Assembly (NCBI RefSeq): GCF_018977255.1
Contig: NW_024704743.1
Location: forward strand, 14,386,001-14,450,000
Source: Callorhinchus milii
Taxonomy: Eukaryota
Reading direction: 5' to 3'
Length of the DNA: 64,000 nt
The first letter of the stretch is position 1, and each line of letters opens with the position of its first letter. A program made the translations under genes and the position numbers. Shown here one piece after another: positions 24,561 to 37,296 of the stretch. The notes beneath the pieces were generated by a model that saw only the letters and a program-made list of their open reading frames with translations, was not told where the DNA came from and ran no database searches.

Positions 24561-27500
24561 TTTTATAATTAAACCCTACATCTGTGCCATGGCCCAATTC
24601 TGCCTTCCCTCACCTCTGCAACTTTGCTTGCCACCACCACTACCTCTCTCCTCAGGACCCTCATCCATGTCTTAATTGTGTCCCGTCTTGACTGTTAATT
24701 CTCTACTCCCCAGACATCCCAACTCTTCCCTCCAAGTTATTCAGATTCGGAACTCTGCAGCTCATGTCTTCTTCTGCACTCAGCTCTTTGAGCGAATCAC
24801 CCAGAAGATCAAGTTCAAGATTCTTGCCCTCACTTTTAAAGCCCTCCATGGTCTTGCTCCTGCCTACCTCTGTAACCTACTAAAATGTTATCAACCTGTC
24901 TGCTCCCTCCGCTTGGCGGGCTCTGGCTTGCTCCATGTCCCCCACCCTGCCTGCTCCACCATCAGTGGTCAGGCCTTCAACCTTCCTGCCCCCACTCTCT
25001 GGAACCTCATCCCGGAATCCCTTTGCCTCGCCCCCTCCCTTGCCTCCTTCAAGGCCTATCTCAAGACTTTCCTTTTTGATCAGGCCTTCAGTCATCCTTC
25101 CACTTTCACCTCCTTGCCCTCCACCCCTCTTGATTCCAACGCCCAGCTCAAGTTCAAATACTTTACTGTCCAGTGCCTTGGGACGTCCTCCCTGCATGAA
25201 AGGTACTATATGAATGCAATTTGTTGTTATCATATACCTACTGCATCCCATAATTTATAGATATTAATTACTATGAAGAATATTTCATATTATGACTTAC
25301 TGGAATGAGTATGAGAATAAGATGCAGGTTCACTGTAGACGTGAATAACTACTGCCTGGACCTCAGAACAATTCTTCCACTCATATGTATCCTGAGCCCA
25401 AACAGTTGCGAGCTCTGATGCATTTGTTGGTTATTATAATTTAAACATGGATATAAATCACGCTACTCAAATCGTGACTCATTTTCCAAGAAGCAAAATA
25501 TTTGAAAAAAGGCAATCCATTATTAATGTATTGCTTTATATTATTAAATGCTGTTTCCAAAGGTAATTAATTTTCAAGTAAGTCCAAAGACAGTCAAATA
25601 CTCTTAAGTCAAATTGGCAACCAAGTCATTTAGTTGTTGTGATTGAGATATTATCACAGATTCTTATTTCTGTGTCTTCTGTGAGTTTGATACAGCTGAC
25701 AATAGAGATACTGGGCAGTAGTTATTCATAATAATCCTTGTGTTTGATATAGCGCCTTTCACATCGGAGGATGTCTCAAATCGGTTCACAGGATTTACAG
25801 TAAAGCATAACAACTGTGTATTTGTAGGCAAATTCATATTTTAGGACAGGTGGACAGACTTTATGTACAGTATTGAGCAAAGCCAAATGGAAAGTTAATT
25901 CCCCAAACCTGAAGCCAAGCTGATCTCATAGTAGGGGATCTTACTGTTGCCTCATTCTGCACAGTTTGATTTTAAAAAATTCAAAGTAATGCTGCCAAGT
26001 AATGTCTATCATTTTTACTGCCACTTGAACCAATTTAGGGGAAAATAGGCGTGAAATCCATGACAATCCAGAATATCCACAAGAAACTCATTATAAAAGG
26101 CCACAAATGTCACCATATACAGTAGTCTTTCCTGTGTGATTAACAAATGATACTATCGAGTGGCTGTTGATCATAGACACATTCAGGTTTGTGCTTTTGG
26201 CATTGTCTAAATGCCAACAAAAACAGATTTTCTTGTCATAACCCTGTGGGGCATCGGTACGAACAAGAGCAATGAAGGTCTGAAAGGTTTTAAGGTTTCC
26301 ATACCAATCCATCAGCAATTAGGAAAGCAGCTGTATGAAGTGAAGGAGACCAGGAGGCTGCTTCTTCTCAAAGGAATAATTAACAGGCTGGCAAAGAGCA
26401 GCTTCTCTCGTTCTATTCAGGGCTTCTCTTACATTGTTGAAAAAGGATTAATTTTGCATGCTGCATATGATGGTATAGGCAAATGTAAGACCAAACTGCC
26501 ATTTCCGCAAGTGTTCATGAATTTTCAAAGAGCCGTTTCTTAATTAAACGATAAAGATGTCCGCTATTTAGGCATAATACTTTTCGATTATACTGCTTTA
26601 TCAATCTGCGCTAACTGCCAGAGTCTATTTACATGCAAATACATTGCAGCTACAGAGAGCACTAGTAACATAAACACTCAATTTTCTGTGTCATTCTGAA
26701 GTTAACCCATTAAAAATCTACAGGATAAAAAGGAAGAAAGGAACAAACATCTACAGACATGGATTCGCATAATAAATAATTGGTTAGTAAGATAACATTA
26801 TTAATGTAATCATTTATTTCATAGTTAATTGTCCTTTTCAAATCTTTTACCTCCTGGAAAAATGAGTCATTATTTCATTTATAACCATGTTTAATTTATA
26901 ATAACCAACATATATATCACAGCTCACAGCTGTTTGAACACATGATACAAATCAATATGAGTATTGTTCATAAGTCTGCCGGTGTCCTGCTACTTCAATG
27001 ATACAGTATTGCCTATTGTCCAAATACTTAATACTAGTACAAAAGTAACAAGTGCAAGAGAAATAAATTATTTTATATACAATACAATTTACTTTTATGT
27101 AGCACCTTTCACATCAAGAGGATATCCCAAAGTGGATTTCCAGCTGAGGGTGGGAGCTGAGGGAGTTATGGAGAGGAAAAATGACCGAAAGTGCAGACAA
27201 AGAAGTATGGTACATTACATGGTGAAATGTTCTGCATTTAGAAATTACAGCACAGAAAGAAGCTATTCGGCTCAAAGAGCCTCTGGTGGTGCCATCTCCT
27301 TCACTGTAACTAACTACTTTAATTCCAATCTCCTGGTGTTAGCTCATATCCTTTTACATTTGTTCCTCTTCAAATATTTACAAGCTTTTATGGTCAGCTT
27401 CAATAACCGCTTGTTGCAAAATATTGCATGTTTTAATAACTCACTGTGCCAAAAAGTTCTGACCTTCTCCCCAATTCTTCTGGTAATGATCCTGACTTGC

Positions 27501-27856
27501 CCTCATGTTCTTACCAATTTATCAGCAAGAACAATCTTTCACTTTCTATTATCTCATTTGATGTTGTGATTCCTAATGTTATGTAACTGTCTCACTTTGG
27601 TCTGCTTGACATTTTCTTTGAATTGTCTAAGCTCTTCAGAGATTTGGCATGCATAAATGTTTAAAGTTTGATTTACAGTATCACACATTGAAAACAAAAT
27701 GTTTCCTAATGTGGCCAGGGATAATTTATGTTAAAAGAAAGTGGTTAAAAATGTACTGACAGTATTGGAACTGAAAATCTTTCCCTCTGACTTTGGGAGA
27801 GTGGTTTCTCACTTCAGGTCTTTCAGAATTGAAATGCAGGATTTTTGATTCTCACA

Positions 27857-27990
27857 TGGAGTCTTGTAGCATGTCGGTTAGAGCATTCGCCTCGCAAGTG
27901 AGAGGACCTGGGTTCAAGTCCCCGGTAGAGCAAAACATTAGGCAAGTTTCCTACTCCAGATGGCTCTGTTTACCTAGCAGTAAGTAGGAA
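27857..27990 (+). mobile_element. tRNA-Ala SINE 5' part (long subfamily)
   Basis: GGAGTCTTGTAGC..GGTTCAAGTCCC..GGCAAGTTTCC..CTCTGTTTACCTAGCAGTAAGTAGG. Confidence 0.8.
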
Positions 27991-28159
27991 GAGGTCGAAT
28001 TTGATCATTCATAATGGCGAGGATCACTTATTAATTTTTAAAATTTACTTGTTCAATTATATTTATGCTAATGTATCTGTCGCCTGATTAAAGGCTTTCT
28101 AAATGTGTTGAACTAGCTCCAAGGTGACATGCTTGGCAAAGGAATGTAAAAATCAAGTC

Positions 28160-28812
28160 AATTTTCTGTGCTCCGCCACAGACTCACACCACAGGCCACC
28201 GAAACCCTCATTCATGCATTCATAACATCCAAGTTTGACTATGCAAACTCCTTGCTTGTCAGCCTCCCCAACCCCTCCCTCCATAGGCTGCAGATCATCC
28301 AGAACTCTGTAGCCCGTGTTCTCTCCCGTACCAGGCGCCATGACCCTATCACCTCCATCCTCGTCCAACTCCACTGGCTTCCCATCACACAGAGAATACA
28401 GTTCAAGATCCTGGTCCTCACCTTCAAAGCCCTCCATGTCCTTGCTCCCCTACCTCTGTGACCTTCTAACCACCTACCAACCTTCCCGCTCCCTCTGCTC
28501 AGCAGGCTCCAGCCTGCTTCGCCTTCCCCACCTCGCCTGCATCACCATTAGTGGACGGGCCTTCAGCCCCTCTACCCCCACCCTCTGGAACTCCATCCTG
28601 CAGTCCCTCCACCTCGCCCTTTCCCTCCTTCAAGACCTGTCTCAAGACCTTCCTCTTCAACCGTGTCTACGATCACCCTCCTTCCCCCACACCTGCCCTC
28701 CACCCTCCCCGATCCCAACCCCCAGCTCGGGTCCAAAACACCGATTGTCCAGCACCTCGGGACATCCTCCTGATGTGAAAGGCAATATACAAACGTAATT
28801 TTGTTGTTGTTG
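28160..28812 (+). mobile_element. L2 LINE 3' end
   Basis: LTPQATETLIHAFITSKFDYANSLL..LHWLPITQRIQFK; (TTG)n tail. Confidence 0.92.
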
Positions 28813-29500
28813 TCGGTAGTCCACTTCCTGAGCCAGACCAATCTGCACCTACGCCAATAATATAATAATAATAATAATAATTCTTGCATTTGATATAGCG
28901 CTTTTCACATCGGGAGGACGTCCCAAAGCGCTTCACAGAACACACTGTAAAGTGAATTGACTGTATATTTGTGGGCGAACGCGGCAGCCAATTGCGCACA
29001 GCAATGTCCCACAAACAGTCGTAGATTGAAAATGACCAATTTATTATTGTTTTTGGTGGGATTATTATTAGGCTGTCTCTCATCCTCACCTACAAGGCCA
29101 TTCACGGCCTTGCTCCCTCCTACCTCTCCGACCTACTATCCACCTACCTACTTGCCCATACCCTCCGTTCCTCTGGCTCCGGTCTGCTATGCCAAGGCAC
29201 TGCTGATGACAGCGCAGCAGCAGAATTCAGAGAATCAGACTGGATATTGGGGGGTAGGGATTCTTCCCACACGGCTCATGTTAACTCTCCAGGCCAAAGT
29301 GCTAATGGGTTGGGTGATCCTGGTTGGACAAATATGGGTTGGAAGTGCACTCAAGTAGTACTCTTAATAGCAAGCTATATGGTTTTACTAGATTGACTCC
29401 AGCAATACCCCAAGCCTTGGCAAAGTGTGCTCCTCCAGGGAGAGAGTGCACATTCTTTTCCAGGGACACAAAAATATCCATGTGGAGGCAGCACACATAT
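28812..29500 (-). mobile_element. Unclassified family copy 3, interrupted by a SINE/L2 chimera
   Basis: Reverse complement shares AATGTGCACTCTCTCCCTG, CCAAGGCTTGGGG and GCTGTCATCAGCAGTGCC with the other copies. Confidence 0.7.
28858..29188 (-). mobile_element. Young SINE (5'-truncated, minus strand) fused to a 110 bp L2 fragment in the opposite orientation
   Basis: SINE 28862-29073; L2 29079-29188 is nearly identical to 17244-17353; flanked by CTACGCCAA / CTATGCCAA. Confidence 0.85.
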
Positions 29501-32305
29501 GTGAAACTTTCAGTCTGACTGGATACTCTGAAGTATGAGTTTCCATATGTTTCAAACGGCAGCTGATCAAACAAAAATATAACAAAGACAGGGGTATCTT
29601 ATGGAAATGTAAATCCTTGCAATCCGTGCGCCTCATAACATCTTTGAATCATCTCAAAGCATTTCACAGAATATACTGTAAAGTGAATTGACTATGGGTG
29701 AACCCATAAAATTATATTTATAAATAAGAATTGAACTATGCTTATGAAGCGTGAGTAGAAAAATGTACTCACAGGAAAGTTACTTTTATCCTGTTTTCTT
29801 GATTGATTCTTGCTTTCCCTTCTTACGTTACGTGGCATCTAGTAATGGCAGAGGATCCACAAGACCTGAAAGAGCTCATCTCCTGGAGGAGCAGATGATG
29901 AATGTCATTTGGATGATATTGAATCAAGGTCCCAGCTGCCGTTTGTCAGGTGGACATTAAAGATCCTATTCAAAAAGAGATGAGAATTTCTCCCTGTGTG
30001 CTGGCCAACAATGCTCCAGATAAATCTGTCATTCATGGCTGTTTGTGCAATCTCGCTGGTGTTTGCCTATGACAATTTGACAGTAATTACTTATAAAAAT
30101 GCTTTGTAATTGGACCATGCTTGATTGACAAATGATTTCCATCTCCAGATCTCCCTTCTGCTCTGTAAAGACTATTCATTATGTCAGCTGTTGAAAAGTA
30201 ATGTAACTTTAAGACTTTATTGCAAGAGGATTTTATTGGGATCTAAGATTTATTCATAATGCAATTCATGTGGAATTGTATTTACATTCATAAATACAGA
30301 GTAAACACAGGCTCATTTGAATGACTTGTTACATCCTAAGCTTCTGTTTAACTACTTTCCTCATTATCATCCTATAATGACATTGGAAATTAATATGTTT
30401 GATATCAAGCACAAGATATATTTAATGTTAATTTGTCATTCTTCCAGGATGGAACAGCTAAAAATTATTTTGTATGTAACGCAGTTCTGAGATCTCAATA
30501 GTCGTTGAAAAAAATCCAACAATTCAAATCTTTACAAGGCTATAGACTGATCTTAATAACATAATGGTTAAAACAAGGAAAATGGTCAATTCAGATCTCC
30601 AATACATGTGGGCTAACAGCCCAATGGTGAACCATGTTCAAACAAAAGTAGGTGCCCTTAATTTCATAATCAACCACCAATAACAGGATTATAATAGATC
30701 CTCTAACCAATTTGACATAGTTGTTATGTTCTCAGCAGACAATGTGTAGAGGAAAAAGAACACTCTTTTATTTTAACTCACAAGTTTCAAATACAAAACA
30801 GTCCAACCAAAAACCTCTCTACTCAATATTCCCTGCTTGCTACTTTTCTACCTCCTGATCCCCTTCCATTGGCTCTAATCAATTGGTCCTTATTGTCTTA
30901 ATGAGTATCCAACAATAGTAATAATAGTTATCCTTGCATTTGAAATAGCGCCTTTCAAATTGACAAGATGTCTCAAAGTGCTTTACAGGATAGACTGCAT
31001 TGCGCAGTCACTGCGTATTTTATAGGCAAATTTAAGCATCTGTGAGATGGTTAACTCATGGGCAATTAGCTCACCTATACGTCAGCTCCCATTGTCTAAG
31101 ATGACCGGTGTACAGAGTGAGGGTCAAATCATATAGGTGTCAGAGCAACAGAATGTATAGAGGCTAATCTCACAGGAGAAGCAGGAACATGGCTGGGCCA
31201 CCTGACAGGATGATAAGCACAGTGCTTCAAATGAGTTCACAGCTTTGCGCCTGGTACTTAAAGTGACAATGGTATGAGGCTTGTATGGCACAGGTTCATT
31301 TCAGGCAGTAACAATGAAATCTCATACGGAAATCAATTATCTGTGCCACATTGCATTAACCAAATATTGGAGGCACTAAACAGGGAATTCAGTGAATGAA
31401 AATGGAGTGAACTGTTTAATTTATTTTAATGTGGGTGGGATATAGAACATTCAACTCACAGCAGGTATGTAGCCAGACATATCCCTACCTTTGTTACAGT
31501 GGTTTCCTGAAACACAACCACTGTGCAGATGGTGTGTGTCCATTTGGGAAAGATTATGCACATCAATGCCCTATTTGTTGGTGCAGCACATTGTTCTTTT
31601 ATTTGAAGGCAGAGTCTGTAGTGGTAATAAGGAGGCTGGTGTTGAGGAGTCATCAGCTATGAACATTCCATGGGAGATGAGAAGACAAGTTTAACAGTGT
31701 CTATTTCAAAAATATTTTGCCAAACGAGTGACATTATGGAAGATTATCTCTGTATGAATTGTGTAGCTGTGAGGTTAACTGAGTTTCTGGATTCACAGGC
31801 ATGGAAAAGGATTACAATATGATGTAAACTCCTTATGTACCTTTTTTGGAATTAAAATCGTTGACAATTTGCCATTCAAAGCACCGGTTATTAATAACTA
31901 CAGAAAAGCTGGAAATCCACAATGGGTCAGTCACCCTCTAAAAGAGGAAAATTACTCATGACATGTTAACCCATTTTTCTCTTTCAGATGCTGTTTTGAT
32001 TTCAGGTTTCCAACATCTGAAGTTTTTGTTATTCTTTCTGCTAATAATTAATGTTGTATATACTTTGGGTGTGCTGTATGTGTAATGCACTTCTCCTGTG
32101 TTGCTGTGCTACTATATACTCTCGTTGCAGCTGCTCAATGAGCAGTGTCAAGCGCTTTGTGACGTCCTCCCAATGTGAAAGGTGCTATATAAATATAACT
32201 TGATTTGTAAAAATTGTATTCTACCACTGTGAGCTCTAGAGTTAAAAGGAGTGTAGAAGTGATGCTACATATATGTCTTGACTGAGCCTGAGGGCTTATC
32301 AATAA

Positions 32306-32612
32306 GTCCTGTAGCTCAGTGGTTAGAGCACTCGCTTTGCAAGCGAGAGACCTGGGTTTGATTCCTGGCAGGGTGAAACTTTGGACAATTTTCCTTACTC
32401 CACACACCTGATAATAATCCCACAAAAAAATCAATAATAAATTGGTCATTTCAATCCATGACTGTTTGTGGGACACTGCTGTGTGTAATTCGCTGCTGCA
32501 TTTCGCCCACAAATATACAGTCAATTCACTTTACAGTCTATTCTGTGAAACACTTTGAGATGTCCAGAAGACGTGAAAAGCGCTATAACAAATGCAAGGA
32601 TTAGTATTATTT
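32306..32612 (+). mobile_element. tRNA-Ala SINE, full length (short subfamily)
   Basis: GTCCTGTAGCTCAGTGGTTAGAGCACTCGCTTTGCAAGCGAG head, core and tail. Confidence 0.9.
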
Positions 32613-32719
32613 TTATTATAAATGCTAATAGTCTCTTGTGCTACCGTCACTAGACACAAACACTTGCTAACACAAAAGGTATCAACCAACAGTATTTTCA
32701 GATCAATTGATGCCATCTA

Positions 32720-33030
32720 TCAGTGGGAAGGTTGTGAATCAAGACCCATGTCATCTTTTTGAGCTCATAGTCTAGGCTGATACTTCAATACAACGCTGAA
32801 TTGTTAGAGATGCTGTACTTTGGATGAGATGTTAAACCGACTCCCCAATGTCCTGTTCATGGGGACATTAAAGATCTAAAAGAGAAGAAAGAAAGTTTCT
32901 CTTGGTGTTCTGGCCAATAATTGTTGGTGAGATAATATTATGCATGAATTAGCTGCTGTGTTGACCTACAAATACAGTCGCCAGATTTTACACTTTCAGA
33001 AGTGATAAGGTGCTGTAGGATGCAGAGAAT
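32720..33030 (+). mobile_element. Older DeuSINE
   Basis: TCTAGGCTGATACTTCA..GGATGAGATGTTAAACCGA..GGACATTAAAGATC. Confidence 0.7.
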
Positions 33031-33147
33031 ATTGAACTTTACGCATTGAATAGGTATGCATACAATAGATATTGCTCACACCATCTACAGTAATAATTGA
33101 ATTCAATGGATAAGGTTCACTCCCAAATCTGTTGATAAGGTTGTTGT

Positions 33148-33498
33148 GGATTCCTGTAGCTCAGTGGTTAGAGCACTTGCCTTGCAAGCGAGAGACCTGG
33201 GTTCGATTCCCGGCAGGGTGAAATGTTAGGCAAGTTTCCTTACTCCACACCCCTCTGTTTACCTAGCATAAAGTAGGATTGGCAGATCGTTTTTCCGGGG
33301 GTAATAATTCCTTCAAAAAAATAATAATAATAAATAGATGAATTGGTTACTCAATCCACGACTGTTTGTGGGGCGCTGCTGCTGTGTTTCACCCACAAAA
33401 TATACAGTTAATTCACTTTGCAGTATATTCTGTGAAGCATTTTGAGACATCTCGAAGATGTGATAAAGCGTTATATAAAATACAAGGATTATTATTAT
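33148..33498 (+). mobile_element. tRNA-Ala SINE, full length (long subfamily)
   Basis: Head with GGTTCGATTCCC B-box, CTCTGTTTACCTAGC segment, core and (ATT)n tail. Confidence 0.9.
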
Positions 33499-33567
33499 AA
33501 GGACAGGATTTAATTACATGTTTGCTAGTTTTTGAATCAAGGAACAGAAGAGGAGAAATTTCACCAG

Positions 33568-33752
33568 GGTCTAAATTTACTCTATTTTCTTAGGAACTTG
33601 GCAAATTCTTAAAATCAACCTTAAGTTTCAAGCTGATCTTCTGAAAGTTTCTTTTATGAACTTTAGAAGATAGGCTTTAATGTTAAGACTGAGTTCAATA
33701 ATTTGTCAAATTGTGAATACTGAAATGGTAAGAAATAGAGTAAATCTAGATC
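33568..33752. mobile_element. MITE, PIF/Harbinger-like
   Basis: About 25 bp imperfect TIR (GGTCTAAATTTACTCTATTT / AAATAGAGTAAATCTAGATC), CAG duplicated on both sides; related copy at about 38184-38373. Confidence 0.65.
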
Positions 33753-34530
33753 CAGGTAGGATTTACAGCCCCCCACTCCACCACCACACTCCACCACCAC
33801 ACCATCCCCCCACCCCCACCCGCCCTCCCACCCCCTCCCAGAGTGCGCTTAGGATTGCTACAGCTTTCACCCATTAGGAGGATAATCCTCTAAAATTCTA
33901 ATTGTTCATATATATCTCTGTCAACTGAAGGGAATTATTGCTGGAGTACCATGGTGTTACTATGTGCTGAAATGCATTAATCTCAAAGGCATCGCAAATT
34001 TAATTTTACTTATAGCGGCATTAAAGTTTTGAACTAATTGTAAGGGTCGTACATAAATTTAAAGACAAACCTCATATATTTATCCTCTCTTATTTATCCA
34101 GATTTTACAGTACTCTAAAAGCATCCCAGTAAAGCTTTGACATGCACTTACATAAATACATTGGGTCACAATTTTCCCAAGAAGGGTTCTAAATGATATA
34201 TTGACTGACAGCAACGTCAGTAGTAAGTCTGCTACCACACAAGGATGGAATTTTCCCTTCCTGGGCAGTGCAAAAGAAATGTAAATATTTTAAAATCTGC
34301 TCAGCTGAATTCATGAGCTGAACTAGTTATTTTGAGCCATCAATGGCAACTAACAGGCATTAATCTAAACTATGCAATAGGTTTGCCATGTTTTAATTGT
34401 CATTCATTTTTTGTTAAAAAAAATAAGCATTTCCTGTGGGCTAGCTATTGTAGGATTTTATTCTATTTCTTGTCCATATCTAAAAACAAACATAGTGTCA
34501 TCTGAAGATCTAGCAAAAAAGATTTAGTAC

Positions 34531-34683
34531 AACTGTTTGTGGGACGTTGTTGTGCGCAATTGGCTGTCACATTTTGCCACAAAATACACAGTCAGTTCAC
34601 TTTACAGTGTCTTCTGTGAAGAGCTTTGAGATGTCTCCACAATGTGATAAGGCACTATATCAAATGCAAGGATTATTATTATT
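34531..34683 (+). mobile_element. SINE 3' fragment
   Basis: Core plus ATGCAAGG(ATT)n tail. Confidence 0.85.
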
Positions 34684-35059
34684 AAGATCATATCTGGTAT
34701 CCTCTTCCTTCTGATCATTATCACAAGATGGGTTTGATTAAAGAAGGTCATTTGGCAATTTGATTTTATCCATCCAGAATACCAACTTACTCTACATCTT
34801 CAAGCTGTTTCATGGAATTATATAAATATATGGAAACAAACAATCTAAAAGTGTGCATGAAAAGGGAAGGGAATTCTGATTAGGGTAGATAGCTCCATTG
34901 CAGAAGCTAGCACCAGTTTAGGGTCTATTGGTCAAATCACCTCCTTCTGTGCTGTGCTGTCTATGAGTTTAAACAGGAACACTCGATTGAGTCACTGGGG
35001 AAAATATAGGAAAAGGTTTACCTGCGAAACATTAAGTTGAATGTTATTGGTTCAAACTA

Positions 35060-35410
35060 CACATCAGGAGTTTAAACTTTAGCCTGACACTCTAATGAAG
35101 TGCTGCATTGTTGGAGGTGCAGGCCTTTAAATGAAAAGCTGAACTGAACTGTTTGTTCAGATGTATATCAAAGATCCCATGGCACTGTTCAAGAACAGAA
35201 GGGATTTTCGCTCAGTGTCTAGACCAAAAATGCCCAGATAAAATAATGGTCATTCACCTCATGCTGTTTATGGGATACTGCTGTGTGCATATTGGCTGCC
35301 TCATTCAACTATAATTACACAGTCACTTCACTTACAGTATAAAAAACCCTTGTAGTGCATTTGAGAGGTTTCAAAGATTTGATATGATGTCATATGAAAT
35401 TCAAGGATTA
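35060..35410 (+). mobile_element. Older DeuSINE
   Basis: CTGACACTC..GTGCTGCATTGTTGGAGG..AAAGATCCCATGGCACT..ATTGGCTGCC. Confidence 0.75.
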
Positions 35411-35464
35411 TTTTTCCTTTAATTGTTTTGTATACTATGCATGCTAAAATTTGGCCATGTATAT

Positions 35465-35852
35465 AATAATAATAATCATAATCCTTGCATTTGATATAGA
35501 GTCTTATCATGTCAACGAGATCAAAGCACTTCACAGAATACACTGTAAAGTGAATTGATTGTATATTTGTGGGCGAAACATGGCAGCCAATTGCGCACAG
35601 CAGTGTCCCACAAACAGTCATGGATTGTGTGACCAAGTTATTAGAATTTTTTTCAAATTTAATTTTAAGGGCCTGTTAACCCCAGAAAAGCAATCCGCCA
35701 ATCGATTAACAACCGGGTTCTTACTTACTGCTAGATAAACAGAGGCATGTGGAGTAAGGAAACTGGCCTAAAGTTTCGCCCTGCCCGGGAATCGAATCCA
35801 GGTCCCCTTGCTTGCGAGGTGAGTGCTCTAAGTACTGAGCTGCAGGATTCCA
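35465..35852 (-). mobile_element. tRNA-Ala SINE, full length (long subfamily)
   Basis: Complete head, long central segment, core and tail on the minus strand. Confidence 0.9.
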
Positions 35853-37296
35853 CTTAATATTCCAATTATTATTTTAAACTATGGAATGACAGTGAAAAAT
35901 GACCATATAGACAAGGCTGTTTTTGTGAGTTAAAAGTGTCTTTTTTTTGTAAATGATATTAGGAAAAATCTGGGTTATAGCGCCTGCTTTTTCTGCTGTT
36001 GCTTTCCTTTCTGTTTCTGTGCATTTACTTGAACCTGAACAAAGATGATTGTAAGCACTTTGAGTTCTTTGTTCTGTGCACAGACACAGGCAAGCTGGGT
36101 GGGTAATAGATTCCAGTTCTTCAACCTTTCTACCTCTATACAGCTGCTTAAATTTGAATAAAGGTTATTGTCATATTCTGAGTTCCTTATTATGTATAAA
36201 GAAGAAGCTTCATTTTATTTCACTTGAGTTGCAGAATTATTCTGAATCCCATTATCTCCTACATGTATTGATGGATTAGTCTGTTTCAATGGCTGTTATT
36301 TTTCTCGGTGTGAAATTGCATCATAATAATAATAAAGTTGTTGAGACGTCTCAAAGTGCTTCACAGAATATATCGTCAAGTGAATTCACTGGATATTTGG
36401 ACTGTATTGCATTGTAAATACTATACTAAAGCATTTCAATGTGATAAGGCACTATAAAAATGCATGTCCTCTTTCGCTCCCTCATCCATACCTAATTCCT
36501 TGGAACTGAACACTGAGAGCACAATTACACTCAAACATTCCTTCCACTACCTCCAGGCAGCTGTCTGCATTTGTATTACTGTCTTTAGCCTCCTCCCAGG
36601 TTAGATGAAGTCTTTACTATCTCCTATTCATCATCCCAAAAGGTTTTCCTTTCCTTGTAAATCTTCCTTTTGTTCTTCATTTTCCTTTCATTTTCTTGGA
36701 GCAGGTTTGTTAATTTGAAATTTAATTGCGAGTTTGTACTGTCTTCCAAGTCAGACTGAATGGTATTGTGTTGTCTTCTCATGTGATTCATCTATAGATA
36801 AAGGAAGCGCTAAGAAAAAAAATATTACAATCCAAATTTACTTTTATTAATGCCTTTCATATCAAGAGGACATCCCACGTTGGCTGGACAGTCCTGTTCT
36901 TGACACCTGAGCTGACAGTTGCCCTCAACAAGTGGAACAATATTCCATTGCTCTTGGCTGAGACATGTATATTGTTTCTGTTGCATACTGTACATATCTT
37001 TATAGCCAGTTTACTTTAATGCTGACTTGGTAATGATAGCAGTCATCATTATGCTGCAGTCAGTTTGAATATGCCCACTGCAAAATTTTATAACAAACAA
37101 GAGTCAAATATGATAATGAGTCCTGAAATATTAATTGCTTCCAGCTCAAAAACTGAATAAAATTATATATTTCATAATATTTACTGAAGATCAAATTTCA
37201 CTTCATTTCAGATTCAGACTGTACTGAATCTCCTGCAGTGAGTCAGAATCTCTTTCATTTGTCCTAATTAAGTTTTTATAGCTTATTTTCTTTGCT

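Noticed and set aside
26964..27569. 201 aa ORF
   Set aside because: A chance frame across AT-rich sequence and antisense L2 and CR1 tail remnants.
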